64,000 bases of DNA from positions 128,001-192,000 of the IMG/VR virus record IMGVR_UViG_3300046318_000439; one strand, 5' to 3'. This DNA is from a virus. Its lineage: Duplodnaviria > Caudoviricetes. Positions 43,976 to 54,260 of the stretch are shown one piece after another (positions within the stretch are counted from its first letter, which is position 1; each line of letters begins with the position of its first letter). The notes beneath the pieces were generated by a model that was not told where the DNA came from, ran no database searches, and saw nothing but the letters and a program-made list of their open reading frames with translations. A program made the position numbers and the translations under genes.

Positions 43976-44581
43976 TTATTCCTCAGGATCAAGTTTGGGT
44001 ACGTCTAGCTCTATATCTTCTATGTCTTCTACGTTTGCCCCTTCATCCTCTAGGAAATTTTCAATTCCTTTTTTTCTTTTCTTTTTCTTTGTTATTAGAT
44101 TATCTTCGAAGTTTTTAATAAAATCGAACATATTCTCATTACCTAAATCTACATAAGCTGGTGTAATATCCTTCTCATCAAACTCACTCTGTTCAATCAA
44201 TTCGTTGAGAATCATACTATTTTCTAAACTCTTATGCTTAATGTATAATTGTTTCTTCTCTTTTAGAATACGACGTAAAAAAGCATAGTAGATAATCTGC
44301 GTAAAGTATGCAAAAGGATTAGTCGATTTAAGAGGATCAAAATTATCAATGTAGCAGATACAGTTCTCTACTCCATCCGAAATCATTTCTTCTCTGTAAG
44401 AGTAGTTGACGAAGTTTGGTTTTGTAGATAGTCTATTTGCAATCATAAGAATGCATGCTCCTACATAATTAGGAATCTGAGGACGCGGCGCACCCTTTTC
44501 CCTAGCTTCTAAAACCTTCTGTCTGTATTCAACTATGCAAGCATATAACTGCTTGTTGTCAACATAGTGCGTAACCATCAA
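43976..44581 (-). CDS. gp55: Late sigma factor
   Basis: HYVDNK, PNFVNYSYREEMISDG, NPFAYFTQIIYYAFLRRI. Confidence 0.97.
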   Translation of the reverse strand: MMVTHYVDNKQLYACIVEYRQKVLEAREKGAPRPQIPNYVGACILMIANRLSTKPNFVNYSYREEMISDGVENCICYIDNFDPLKSTNPFAYFTQIIYYAFLRRILKEKKQLYIKHKSLENSMILNELIEQSEFDEKDITPAYVDLGNENMFDFIKNFEDNLITKKKKRKKGIENFLEDEGANVEDIEDIELDVPKLDPEE

Positions 44582-44633
44582 TACTCCTTAACATAAACGA
44601 CTTAATAATATAACATTATAGTAGAAAAGTCAA

Positions 44634-45038
44634 CTAATTTAGTGGACCCTTAAAATTCATTCTCTCTAATAGAGCTCGATACGCGTCGGTAATTTCGTCT
44701 CCATCATCTAGATCTTTATCCATTCCCACTGCTTGCATTAGCTCTTGCTCAACGTTCTCGTCGATTACTTCTTTATAATTATACAAAGCGTGCTGATAAT
44801 ATTCAGCCATGGCTGGTCTTGGTTCGGCGATGTGCAACAAATCTTTCTTATTAAACGTGAAGATTTGTTCAGCAGAAAAAGGCATGTAACGACTGACACT
44901 TACTGTTGGCATTGGTTGTGTAGCTACCAATCTATAGTTTATCTGTAAAGGGTCTTCTAGTGTAATCATCGTCTTTAAGTCTTCTTTAACATTGCCAATC
45001 ACTTCTTGTCCATTTTGTAATTTTATTAGTGCTAGCAT
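44634..45038 (-). CDS. Conserved hypothetical protein
   Basis: IKLQNGQEVIG Sm-like start; position between uvsW and gp55. Confidence 0.7.
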   Translation of the reverse strand: MLALIKLQNGQEVIGNVKEDLKTMITLEDPLQINYRLVATQPMPTVSVSRYMPFSAEQIFTFNKKDLLHIAEPRPAMAEYYQHALYNYKEVIDENVEQELMQAVGMDKDLDDGDEITDAYRALLERMNFKGPLN

Positions 45039-45039
45039 G

Positions 45040-46500
45040 CTATCCTTTCAGCTTAACGGTGTAGATTTTATATTCAAATTGTTCCTCACCATATATCTTA
45101 ATACGTTCAGCAAAATGCGTCAGTGTATGATTCTTGTGTGTCTTCCATGATAGGTCATCGGCAATATCATACAACGATGCTGCTGTCTTGGTATCACTTT
45201 TGCGAAGTCCTCTACCAATCGATTGTAGATTTCTAATCCTCGATTTAGAAGGGCTAGCAAATATAATATTATGTAGGTTTTTAATATTGACGCCTGTAGA
45301 GAATGTGCCATATGATGCAATGATGATCATATCGTTATTCTTTTCTGCTACTTGTCTAACTTCTTCTCTGACTAAAGAATCCACTTCTCCGTGCACCAAT
45401 ACTACATTTCTTCCAGTTGTAGAAAACATATCATTTAATACCTTGCCATGTTTCTCTACGAACTGATACAGTATCAACGTATTACCTTTCAAAGACAACG
45501 CTAAATTCTTGATAAATCTGTTTCTTCCTTCGTGTCTTACAATCCAATCAATCTCGTCTTGATAAGTTGCTTTCTTTAAGGCTTCTCTTTCTTGATCTGA
45601 ATATTTAAGCACTATACACTTAATATCGAAGTTAGCAAGATGTTTCTGTTCGATTAGCTCTGCTGTAGTTGTAACACGTTTTACGACGCCAAATAACCCT
45701 TCTAATACGAGCTTGTGGGTTTGGGTTCCATCTAATGTTCCCGTGAATCCAAATCTATAATCACAATCGAGCATTTTATTTAATATACCCGTAAGACTAG
45801 TTGCTTTGAATAAGTGAGCCTCATCTCCTACCACGCATGAGAATTGTTCAAACCATTTCTTTGGCATCTTGTATATTGACTGCCACGTAGATACAATAAC
45901 GCGTTTATCAGTATCAATATCATAACCATACATGATCTTATGAGCCATGTTTTTTAAATAATCGCTGTTTGTATAAGAGGCGAAATCGGAGACCATTTGA
46001 TGGACAAGAGATGTTGTTGGAACTACAATTAATGCTTTACCTTTTGTCTGCATCATAGCATAACAAATTAGCAAAAATATAGTAAAGGATTTACCAGATG
46101 CGGTAGGGGATAATAAGAGGGCTCTCTTGTTCCTTACAGCGTGAACAAAAGCTTCTATTTGATAGTCTCTAGGCTCCATGGTCAATTCTAATTTAGACAT
46201 GAATTGACGAGCCTCTTCTATGGAAAACTCTTCTGCAGAAAAGTCAGTTAAATAACCAACTTCATAATTGCGTTCTTTAGCAAATGCCTCAATGTAATGA
46301 TTGAGGCCACCATATATTAGATGCGTTCCAGTATTGAAAAGTCTAACTTTACCGTCCCACCTTCTTGCCTTTACGGCAGGAATAAATCTAGCGCCTGGAA
46401 CTTGGAAGGTAAAATACTCTCCTAACTCATATCCTATAGAAGTGTCGCAATGTATTTTGTTGTATACTGAATTATACTTCTCGATTGTTATGTCAGCCAT
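45040..46500 (-). CDS. uvsW: SF2 helicase
   Basis: SPTASGKS, GDEAHLF, GFTGT, QSIGRGLR. Confidence 0.96.
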   Translation of the reverse strand: MADITIEKYNSVYNKIHCDTSIGYELGEYFTFQVPGARFIPAVKARRWDGKVRLFNTGTHLIYGGLNHYIEAFAKERNYEVGYLTDFSAEEFSIEEARQFMSKLELTMEPRDYQIEAFVHAVRNKRALLLSPTASGKSFTIFLLICYAMMQTKGKALIVVPTTSLVHQMVSDFASYTNSDYLKNMAHKIMYGYDIDTDKRVIVSTWQSIYKMPKKWFEQFSCVVGDEAHLFKATSLTGILNKMLDCDYRFGFTGTLDGTQTHKLVLEGLFGVVKRVTTTAELIEQKHLANFDIKCIVLKYSDQEREALKKATYQDEIDWIVRHEGRNRFIKNLALSLKGNTLILYQFVEKHGKVLNDMFSTTGRNVVLVHGEVDSLVREEVRQVAEKNNDMIIIASYGTFSTGVNIKNLHNIIFASPSKSRIRNLQSIGRGLRKSDTKTAASLYDIADDLSWKTHKNHTLTHFAERIKIYGEEQFEYKIYTVKLKG

Positions 46501-46934
46501 TAGCCACCCATTTTAAACTTCTCCCAGTCGATTGCCCCTTTAATTTGATAACCTCGGGTGACTAAGCTTTTGATAATAGCTTCTACGAAATCGACTTTCT
46601 CTTTTTGCATCTCGATTCGTAGGGCATAACTTTGAACAACAGGATCCGCTTCAATATACATTGGGATATCCGTTCTGAGAATTTTGAGGGGGTTTGGTTC
46701 CCACTCACGCGTCTTTAATGTTTCTTCTGAAATGTTACCATTATACCACTCATACTTATCGCGGTAAAGTTGTTTATATTCTGCTTCTAGTTTACGAAGC
46801 GTTATACGCTCTTGTGAAAATACCTTAAAGTATTTAGAGTGTAGTAGAGGAATGCGAAGAGACTCTTCCCCTAGTTCAGTTCGGTCAATCTGAGCATCAC
46901 GCTCCCACATCAATTGTATTTCATCAAGTTTCAT
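46500..46934 (-). CDS. uvsY: Recombination mediator
   Basis: ESLRIPLLHSKY, GYQIKGAIDWEKF. Confidence 0.93.
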   Translation of the reverse strand: MKLDEIQLMWERDAQIDRTELGEESLRIPLLHSKYFKVFSQERITLRKLEAEYKQLYRDKYEWYNGNISEETLKTREWEPNPLKILRTDIPMYIEADPVVQSYALRIEMQKEKVDFVEAIIKSLVTRGYQIKGAIDWEKFKMGG

Positions 46935-46990
46935 AAAAAAAGTTTCTTTAGATAAAGGTTATAACCAATTATCTTACATTTTAATTCTTA

Positions 46991-47518
46991 TTACAACGGG
47001 GTAATCTGGAAAGTTCTGAATTTGAACGTTGCGGTTGCTTCTACATATTCAACATCAACATTACGAGAATCAAAGTTAAAATCTGTCAATGCTATTGGAA
47101 AAGCGTCTAGGAATATAATCTGATTAACAGGATTCATGGCACTAGACAATAGAGTGAGAGTAGCATCTGAGTATATACCGTCCCCTGAAAAGGAAGGAAC
47201 AAATTTAGGATCAACTGCTTTATGTTGATCAAAATTGTCTGGGAATCCAATTGCCTTGATCCAGTTAAACAATTCAAGGTAGTTGTTCATGTTTTCATCA
47301 ACCTTAAACGTTATAGCAAGATCTCCATACTCAATATGATCACCGGCAATAGGAATACGTCTAAAAGGAGTAGGAAAACTAGTCTCTCCTAAATTGACGT
47401 TGGGTAAGTTCACTGCTTGAACGAAATAATTAACGTTCGGAGTCTTTTTAATTGTGAATTTAAACCCTAGTGGGGATAAGAAATTCTTATTTGTGGGTTC
47501 TGTATTAGTAATGGCCAT
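46991..47518 (-). CDS. gp3: Tail completion/tube terminator protein
   Basis: NFLSPLGFKF, YGDLAITFKVDENM.NY.E...W, FPIALT. Confidence 0.75.
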   Translation of the reverse strand: MAITNTEPTNKNFLSPLGFKFTIKKTPNVNYFVQAVNLPNVNLGETSFPTPFRRIPIAGDHIEYGDLAITFKVDENMNNYLELFNWIKAIGFPDNFDQHKAVDPKFVPSFSGDGIYSDATLTLLSSAMNPVNQIIFLDAFPIALTDFNFDSRNVDVEYVEATATFKFRTFQITPL

Positions 47519-47546
47519 ATATGTCTCCTTTACTATTTATCCAGAT

Positions 47547-47575
47547 AAAAAAAGAGCCCCCGAAGGAGCTCTTTT
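47547..47575 (-). terminator. Rho-independent terminator with UUCG loop
   Basis: GAGCTCC-TTCG-GGGGCTC then T-run. Confidence 0.85.
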
Positions 47576-47609
47576 GAAATGTCCCTCTTCGGGGATTTCT
47601 TCATTATAT

Positions 47610-48206
47610 TTATTTAGCTAAACGGTATCCTTTAGAAGATGATGTGCGAAGATTGGGCTCTCTTAATCCATGTTGCTTAGCAAATTGATTCAAATTGTGT
47701 ACTTCGTGTATGCTTCCGTCTGGAAACTGTACTTTGTATGTTTTAGCACGGGCTTTCCTGGTCGCTTCTTTTTGCTTATCGGAGGGAGGGTGGCCTTTTA
47801 GAGCTGCACTTATCTTTGCTCCATGCTCTGGGGTAGATCTCCATGTAGAATTCTTTTTTGACTGGCGCATCTTGGTTTTATATTCCTCGGAGCGTTTCAC
47901 ACCGGTGGCGCCACATTCACCCCCAGTAGAAACATTATATCCTTTTTCTGGATTGGTAGTGTTGAATTTATCAATACTTTCCATTTCCGTTTTCAGAGAT
48001 TCATTATAATCCATTGTCTCGAGCAAGACTTCTTGTGTCCATTGCTCTAATGGATATTTGCGTAAGGCCTTTTGAATTGGGCGTTGATACCCTCTACGCA
48101 CCTCACTCATATGATCTTGAAGTCGTTTCTTAAGCTTTCTACTAGTCCATCCTACGTAAATCTTACCACTAGGCGAGGTTAGTTTGTATACGGTATATGT
48201 TTTCAT
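47610..48206 (-). mobile_element. GIY-YIG homing endonuclease with NUMOD3-like repeats (Seg-like)
   Basis: VYKLTSPSGKIYVGWT...R...H, GYN...GG, SEEYKTKM, HGAKISAALKG. Confidence 0.9.
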
Positions 48207-48234
48207 CGTGTCAACATCCTCTAGATATTAGGCA

Positions 48235-48260
48235 GGAAAAGGGATCCGAAGACCCCTTCC
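48235..48260 (-). terminator. Terminator-like hairpin after gp23
   Basis: GGAAGGGGTC-TTCG-GATCCCTTTTCC. Confidence 0.65.
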
Positions 48261-48292
48261 TTTATGATTATCTTTGATAAATCAAAGAGTTA

Positions 48293-49621
48293 TCACAAAA
48301 TATTATCCACTAACACACGTCTGTAGTAAACGTTGCTGTCCTTTGTCAATGCGCCTAAACCAGCTGTAGCACCTTGAGCAAATGGGTTTGCAACCATACC
48401 GTAACGAGTCTTGAAGCCAATCTTAGGCTGGAAAGAACCTGTGTCAACTGCGCGAACCATTTGCAATGGAACGTATGGGCAGTAGAACAAACCAGCGTCG
48501 AATGCTGAAGCACCCTTATAACCAACAACCATGTAGTTGCCTGTTGCATATGGATCGATATACACCTTGATACGACCATTCAACACACCAGCGAATGTAG
48601 CACCAGTGTCATCAACTTGCAAGTTGTTGCTGTTTAATGCAGGAGCGTAGTCAAGTACACCAGCCATTTGTAATGCAGACGCTACGTCTGAAGAACAGAT
48701 GATGATGTTACCTTTACCGCGACGAGTTGCCTTGGCAATCGCGTTAGCTTCACGCTCAACTTGGAACATCAAGCCCTTGAACTTCTCAACTGACCAACGA
48801 CCGTTAGCATCAACGTCTAAGTCAAAACGACCAGCAGTTGTTGTACCTGAAGCAGCACCTTGTGTAGCTGTAACAGCAATTGTACGAACTACTTCACGGT
48901 TGATTTCAGCCAAAATTTCTGTTGTCAAAATGTTTGACAATTCTGTTTCAGCGTCCAAACCATGGATAGCTTTCAAGTCTTGTGCCAATTCCATTGTGTA
49001 CTCAGCTTTAAGAGCACGTGTCTTAGCAGTAACTGATACTTTCTCAATGCTGAAAGCCATTTCTGGGAATGCTGTGTTACCAGATGTTCCCAATGCTTCT
49101 GCTTGAGCTGTAGACATACCAGAACCGTAGTTATAGATGCCTGTTTCAGCCAAGTTAGCTGTACCAGTAGTTGTGTTACCTGGATAGCCGCCAACGTTCT
49201 TGTCGCCAAGAGTATTAGCACCACCAACAACAGTACCGTATGCTGTGTTAACTTCGTTGTAGAATGTTTCAGCACCATCTTGTGCGCCATAACGTGCACG
49301 CATTGCGAAGATCAAGCCTGTTGGGCCAGTCATCGGCTGAACGCCTGCGATGTCATAAGCGATCAAGTTAGGCATCGCACGACGAACCAAGCTAATTAAA
49401 ACTGGATCGAATGTGTCGATTTCTGAACCTGTTGCATTTGCTGGTGCAGCTTCTGTCAAATATTGACCACCTGCACGTGAACCTGATTCACGCAAAGCAC
49501 GCTCTGTGTTTTCTAATAGAACAGCAGTAACGCCACGCTTATGAGCATTTTCGATCTTTGGTAGATCGGCGTGCTCAATGACTGGCGCCCATTTGTTTTG
49601 GATATCTTCTGATAGATACAT
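48293..49621 (-). CDS. gp23: Major capsid protein
   Basis: DPVLISLVRRAMPNLIAYD..GVQPMTGPTGLIFAMR, RALKAEYTMELAQDLKAIHGLDAE. Confidence 0.99.
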   Translation of the reverse strand: MYLSEDIQNKWAPVIEHADLPKIENAHKRGVTAVLLENTERALRESGSRAGGQYLTEAAPANATGSEIDTFDPVLISLVRRAMPNLIAYDIAGVQPMTGPTGLIFAMRARYGAQDGAETFYNEVNTAYGTVVGGANTLGDKNVGGYPGNTTTGTANLAETGIYNYGSGMSTAQAEALGTSGNTAFPEMAFSIEKVSVTAKTRALKAEYTMELAQDLKAIHGLDAETELSNILTTEILAEINREVVRTIAVTATQGAASGTTTAGRFDLDVDANGRWSVEKFKGLMFQVEREANAIAKATRRGKGNIIICSSDVASALQMAGVLDYAPALNSNNLQVDDTGATFAGVLNGRIKVYIDPYATGNYMVVGYKGASAFDAGLFYCPYVPLQMVRAVDTGSFQPKIGFKTRYGMVANPFAQGATAGLGALTKDSNVYYRRVLVDNIL

Positions 49622-49660
49622 TTTGGTTTCCCTTCGTTGTTAAAAAAATGAACTTCTTAC

Positions 49661-49668
49661 TATTTATA
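49661..49668 (-). promoter_or_regulatory. Late promoter TATAAATA (gp23)
   Basis: Exact consensus, intergenic. Confidence 0.85.
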
Positions 49669-49674
49669 AAACTT

Positions 49675-50670
49675 TTACTTTTTGATTGTTCTTGAAATTG
49701 CAGAAACGTAATTAGCAACTGGACCAGCAACTTTAGCTTGCGGTGCAACTACTTCTTCGTCTAACTCAACAATCTCCTGCTCTTCGATAGTCTTAGTAGC
49801 AACTTTCTTTTCTGTAAAGTATTGCTCTTTAACAATCTCAAGCTTTCTGCGATATGTTTCAGCTGTGTCATAATCAACACCTTCTGCAAGAGTGCGGAAC
49901 TTCTCAGCTTGTGTCAATGCTAAACCTTCAGAAACTTCGTCAAAAATTTCTGCTGCAGTTTTGCTCTCAACAACTGAGCGGAGTTCGATGTTCTCTGCAA
50001 CTACACCGTTAAGTTGAGCTTCTAACTCTTCAACTTTAGCTGCTAGTTCTTCAACAACATCAACCTTTTCTGCTGGAACGTGGATGTATGACTCTTCAAA
50101 CAATGCCTTCAACTTAGTCATGAACTCTTCAGCGATCTGAGTGTTCAATGAAGATTCGATAGCAACTTGATTCTCGTCCATCCATTGTTCTACAACATAG
50201 TCTAAGTAATCGCTAACTTGGTTAGACAATTCTTCAACTAATTCTGTTTTTGCCTGTTCAAAAGACTCTTCAAGTTCAACTTTCTTAGCAGCAAACTCTT
50301 CTTCTAAACCTGCACGCTCTTCAGCCAAACGGCCAGCGATAGCAGCTTCAAAAAGTGTTGTTGCCTTTTCCTTGAATTCTTCTGAAAGATCATCTCCAAA
50401 CAAACCGTTGATTTCTTCTTTCATTGATGAAGAAGCAGCGCTTGGTTTAGTAGCGATCGTTTTCTTGTTAGCTTCTGCCGAATCGTTTCCACCCATTGTA
50501 GGTGTATCCTTTTCCGCGTCGCCTTGTCCTTTAGCAGTCTTCTCGCCGTTGCCTAGGTTTGATGCTGGTAATGTCGCTTGGTTGCCGACTGGGTCAGCAG
50601 ACTTAGAGACACTAGTAGCACCACCGCCAACTGGATCGGATGCTTTTTCTAGTAGTTCTTTTTCAGCCAT
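49675..50670 (-). CDS. gp22: Prohead core scaffold protein
   Basis: LSEEFKEKATTLFEAA, YLDYVVEQWM.EN.VA; between gp21 and gp23. Confidence 0.93.
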   Translation of the reverse strand: MAEKELLEKASDPVGGGATSVSKSADPVGNQATLPASNLGNGEKTAKGQGDAEKDTPTMGGNDSAEANKKTIATKPSAASSSMKEEINGLFGDDLSEEFKEKATTLFEAAIAGRLAEERAGLEEEFAAKKVELEESFEQAKTELVEELSNQVSDYLDYVVEQWMDENQVAIESSLNTQIAEEFMTKLKALFEESYIHVPAEKVDVVEELAAKVEELEAQLNGVVAENIELRSVVESKTAAEIFDEVSEGLALTQAEKFRTLAEGVDYDTAETYRRKLEIVKEQYFTEKKVATKTIEEQEIVELDEEVVAPQAKVAGPVANYVSAISRTIKK

Positions 50671-50697
50671 GTTTTTCTCCTAAATTGAGATTATTAA

Positions 50698-50705
50698 TAT
50701 TTATA
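50698..50705 (-). promoter_or_regulatory. Late promoter TATAAATA (gp22)
   Basis: Exact consensus. Confidence 0.8.
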
Positions 50706-50708
50706 TGT

Positions 50709-51362
50709 TTATTTATTCGAAAGCGAATTTAAGAAGTGTTCGAATACTGAAAGCTTAGTAGCCTCTAGTTCACGAGCGCTCGCTTTTTGAACAGTCTTCT
50801 TGTATGTTTCAACTTGGTTAGCTTTGAGAATACCGTTATCCCAAACCCATTCCACGTTTTCCATAATACCCTGTACAAACGCATCAGGCGCTGAAGGATC
50901 AGCTACAATGTCAGCAGCAGTTGCAAGATAAAAGTCGTCTTGAACCTGCATTACGCCATCGATCTCTTTAAGAGAACCCATACCACGTGTAGATACACCT
51001 AATTGAACACCGCTTTCTAATAAATTTTTAGCAATGTTACCCATTGGCGTTTCTAAAATCTTTGCCTTACCAATGAAGTTGTTTCCATCTTGTTTCAATT
51101 CAACAATCTTGTGAGAAACGCGATCTAAATTGATCGAAGGACCATTTGGATGACCAAGCTCCCCTAGAGCTCTATTTGACTTGACATACTCATCGTTATA
51201 ACGCTTCACTTCGCGTTCTAAAATATCCAGCTTGTAGATACGACCATTACGGTTCTTTTGTTCAGCTTGCATGAAAGGACCTGTGATAAACAAGTCCTTT
51301 TTGCCATTCTTTTCTTCGACGATGTATTGTACGTCTTCTACTAATTCTGTGAATAGTTTCAT
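50709..51362 (-). CDS. gp21: Prohead protease
   Basis: KNRNGRIY, ALGELGHP, INLDRVSH, GVSTRGMGS, DIVADPSAPDAFV. Confidence 0.97.
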   Translation of the reverse strand: MKLFTELVEDVQYIVEEKNGKKDLFITGPFMQAEQKNRNGRIYKLDILEREVKRYNDEYVKSNRALGELGHPNGPSINLDRVSHKIVELKQDGNNFIGKAKILETPMGNIAKNLLESGVQLGVSTRGMGSLKEIDGVMQVQDDFYLATAADIVADPSAPDAFVQGIMENVEWVWDNGILKANQVETYKKTVQKASARELEATKLSVFEHFLNSLSNK

Positions 51363-51370
51363 TTTAATTC

Positions 51371-51643
51371 CTATCTGTATGCTATTGATGTGGCTTTTAC
51401 GCTCGTAGCACCAGTTGATTCTAATGTGTCTGTTGGTGATTTAACGATACATTCGTTTGAAAAATCAGTACCAGAAGAACCGAGAGTGAAAGTTCCAAGA
51501 GTGCCACCAGCACCTGTTTTAATTGTAACAGTAGCAGCATTTGTTGGATCGACGTTGACTAAACGTACCAAAGAAGCTAATCCTACAGTGTTAGCCGTTG
51601 TTAGTGTAATTTCAGTACCAATTACTTTTAATGGTTCTGCCAT
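51371..51643 (-). CDS. Conserved hypothetical protein
   Basis: ANTVGLASLVRLVN...IVKSPTDTL. Confidence 0.65.
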   Translation of the reverse strand: MAEPLKVIGTEITLTTANTVGLASLVRLVNVDPTNAATVTIKTGAGGTLGTFTLGSSGTDFSNECIVKSPTDTLESTGATSVKATSIAYR

Positions 51644-51644
51644 T

Positions 51645-52331
51645 TTATTCCTCCATACCTTCTACGATGAATCCTTCAACAACTTCTACTAAATCATCAA
51701 ATGCATCTTCAGAATCTAACATCTCAGCAAAGTGCTGCTTTTCTTCTTCTGTTTCCAATCCTTCATAGATGGATTCTAGAATTGTGGCATATGCCTCTAC
51801 TAACTCTTGTTCTTCAATCTGTTGTTTGTGTGCTTGTACAGCGTCAATAATAGAATCAAACATCTGTGGTGTTTCAGCTTCTGTTTCTTCTTTCATGGCA
51901 TTCTTCGTTGCTGTAGCATACATTACTGATTCTGCATCTTTACCGTAACGGGCTTTGAATGAAGAAAGATTCTTTTTCATCCCTTTAACGATGTCTTCGC
52001 GCTTTGCCATTTCGGCTTTTGACATCTCGTTAACTTCTTCACTTTCTTTAGCAGAATAACCGTGCTTTTCTTTTTTACGATCAATCGGCTTTACCTTCGA
52101 ACCTTTAAAAACCTCATCACCATTACCATTACGGTCTGGTACCATCTCAATTTCATGGTCGTCGATGAACTCTTGAGCGCCTAATGTTGGAGCTGGTAAG
52201 TTGCCTTTTAAAGATACTGGCGTATTATCGTTAAACTTTTTTTCTGGAGCAGTAACGCCAGGCTTTCTTACGCCTTGTTCGTGTTTTGCAACAGTTCTAA
52301 ATGTCTCAACTAGTGACTTTAGCGTCTTCAT
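51645..52331 (-). CDS. Prohead core/internal protein (gp68 position; likely start 52331)
   Basis: MKTLKSLVE start, KREDIVKGMKK...RYGKDAESVMYATATK module, acidic tail. Confidence 0.6.
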   Translation of the reverse strand: MKTLKSLVETFRTVAKHEQGVRKPGVTAPEKKFNDNTPVSLKGNLPAPTLGAQEFIDDHEIEMVPDRNGNGDEVFKGSKVKPIDRKKEKHGYSAKESEEVNEMSKAEMAKREDIVKGMKKNLSSFKARYGKDAESVMYATATKNAMKEETEAETPQMFDSIIDAVQAHKQQIEEQELVEAYATILESIYEGLETEEEKQHFAEMLDSEDAFDDLVEVVEGFIVEGMEE

Positions 52332-52626
52332 CGGATTCCTCGGTTTCTTGTTCTGCGGTTTGTTCAGTATCACTATCGACAGCAACTTCATCAGCCACTG
52401 CTTCGGTATCTTCCTGATCTTCAGCTGATGATTCTTGTTCTTCCTCATCAGACTGCTGATTAAACATTCTATTAGCTACTTCAATCTTCTGAGCTTGGAT
52501 TGCATCTACAACGCGCTGACCAACTAGTTGGTCAAACGCAGCTGAAAGATTTACTGAATCCTTTGCTATAGCAAAATTTACAATGTCAGTTGGGGTAAAG
52601 GTTGGTGTAGTCATATTATTCTCCAC
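52306..52626 (-). CDS. gp67: Prohead core protein (gp67 position)
   Basis: Directly after gp20, acidic tail. Confidence 0.65.
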   Translation of the reverse strand: MENNMTTPTFTPTDIVNFAIAKDSVNLSAAFDQLVGQRVVDAIQAQKIEVANRMFNQQSDEEEQESSAEDQEDTEAVADEVAVDSDTEQTAEQETEESDEDAKVTS

Positions 52627-52634
52627 TATTTATA
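52627..52634 (-). promoter_or_regulatory. Late promoter TATAAATA
   Basis: Exact consensus. Confidence 0.7.
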
Positions 52635-52640
52635 CATTTT

Positions 52641-54212
52641 CTAAGTTTGTTGGTCAGAACCACCTTGTTGAGGTTGTCCTCCCGCGCCTTCTTCCGGAAC
52701 TGGAGGATTATAGATTGGATTTTGCATCTCCTCTTTAATCTCTTTATCCATCTGTTTCATGAAGTCACCATCCTGCATGAAGATGTGTGAACGCACCCAT
52801 TTATTTGAATAATACTTACCAACTGCTCCAGCATTCACCAGTTGTTGATAAGCATTAATCTTATCATTCATAATCTCAATTTCTTTTAATTCTGAGAAAT
52901 AGTTGTCTTTCGCGTAAATAAACTTAATCTCTGATGAAATATCTTTCCATTCATCTTGAGTGATTACTTGCTTAAGTACTAATTGTTTTTCTAGCGCTTT
53001 TAAAAATACATGATTAAAACGCACACGCAAACGATCAATAAACTTTGAGAACTTTACTTCGTCCCTTGATATCTCTGTAGCACGACCCATATTGAAAGAG
53101 TAATCTGGTTCAATACGAGATACAGGAACATTCAATGACTTATACATTACCTTTTGGAAGTATTCTACATCAGTCATCTCACCAAGATTTTGGCCACCTG
53201 GCAATGTTTCGATCTGCGTGCCACGATTACCTTCGCGGCGTGGTAACCAGAAGTCTTCAAGCATTGTCATAAATTTACGATCATCACGGATTTCTCCAGA
53301 AGATGCATCATAAACAACTTTATTCTTATGACGGGTCATCATATCGCGTAGATACTGTTCTGCCTTCATTTTAGGCAGATTGCCGACGTCGATGTAGAAT
53401 ATACGGCGCTCAGGTGCTCTTGATATACGGTAAATGATTGTAGCGTCTTCTAGTGCTCTTAACTGATTAAGAGGTTTGATCGCTTTGTGTAGGTATGATA
53501 TAACTAGTGAATTGGTTTTATCTAATAAACCAGATGTGCAGTAGATAATACTATCTTTAGCAATCTTTAGTCCTGTCGTGGCTGATGCTGTTGAAGGACC
53601 AGACGTTGGCTTACCACCAAACCCTTTTTCGTTATAAACGAAGTATTCTTTTTCACCAACCGCAACATCTGTTGATGCTTGGTTGTTTTGAATACGCTTC
53701 TTTTTTACTTCTTTAATTTTTTTGATTTTGCGTGGATCGATATATCTTAATTCTTGAATACCGTCCTTCGTATTATTCTTATCAATAATAGCATGGAAGT
53801 ATAATCGTCCATCAACATACCAACGCTTGAATACATCATAGCCTTGGTGATTGAAATCTAACAATCTAAGAACTGCTTTGAATTCTTGATCGATTGCCTT
53901 CTTAACTGTATCGTTAATGTTAGGCACATTCTCTAAACTAATTGTAACTGTATCTTCTGCATCTGTCACAATCGCTTCATTCACGATATCGTCTACTGCA
54001 GCCTCAACTTCAGCATGCATAACCATCTCACGATATTTTGTTACTAGTTCAGCTTCGTTCTTAGCTGCGCCCTCTAAGTCGACGACGGTACCATAGGAAC
54101 CACCTGCAGCAACTACAAGTGAACCATCATCGTTCTGTTTAGGGATAAACTCGTCGAGGTCTTGCTTTTCGGCAGGGCCTCTTCGACGGAACTCGAATCC
54201 TAGGAACTCCAT
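52641..54212 (-). CDS. gp20: Portal protein
   Basis: IYRISRAPERRIFYIDVGNLPK, EDFWLPRREG.RGT.I.TLPGG. Confidence 0.99.
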   Translation of the reverse strand: MEFLGFEFRRRGPAEKQDLDEFIPKQNDDGSLVVAAGGSYGTVVDLEGAAKNEAELVTKYREMVMHAEVEAAVDDIVNEAIVTDAEDTVTISLENVPNINDTVKKAIDQEFKAVLRLLDFNHQGYDVFKRWYVDGRLYFHAIIDKNNTKDGIQELRYIDPRKIKKIKEVKKKRIQNNQASTDVAVGEKEYFVYNEKGFGGKPTSGPSTASATTGLKIAKDSIIYCTSGLLDKTNSLVISYLHKAIKPLNQLRALEDATIIYRISRAPERRIFYIDVGNLPKMKAEQYLRDMMTRHKNKVVYDASSGEIRDDRKFMTMLEDFWLPRREGNRGTQIETLPGGQNLGEMTDVEYFQKVMYKSLNVPVSRIEPDYSFNMGRATEISRDEVKFSKFIDRLRVRFNHVFLKALEKQLVLKQVITQDEWKDISSEIKFIYAKDNYFSELKEIEIMNDKINAYQQLVNAGAVGKYYSNKWVRSHIFMQDGDFMKQMDKEIKEEMQNPIYNPPVPEEGAGGQPQQGGSDQQT

Positions 54213-54260
54213 ATTAACTCCAATTATTGAGGCTGACCAAAGCCAGCCTCCATCCTAATA

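Noticed and set aside
44595-44633. TTGACT-containing promoter upstream of gp55
   Set aside because: The -10 spacing is poor (15 nt to TATATT), too weak to list as a feature.
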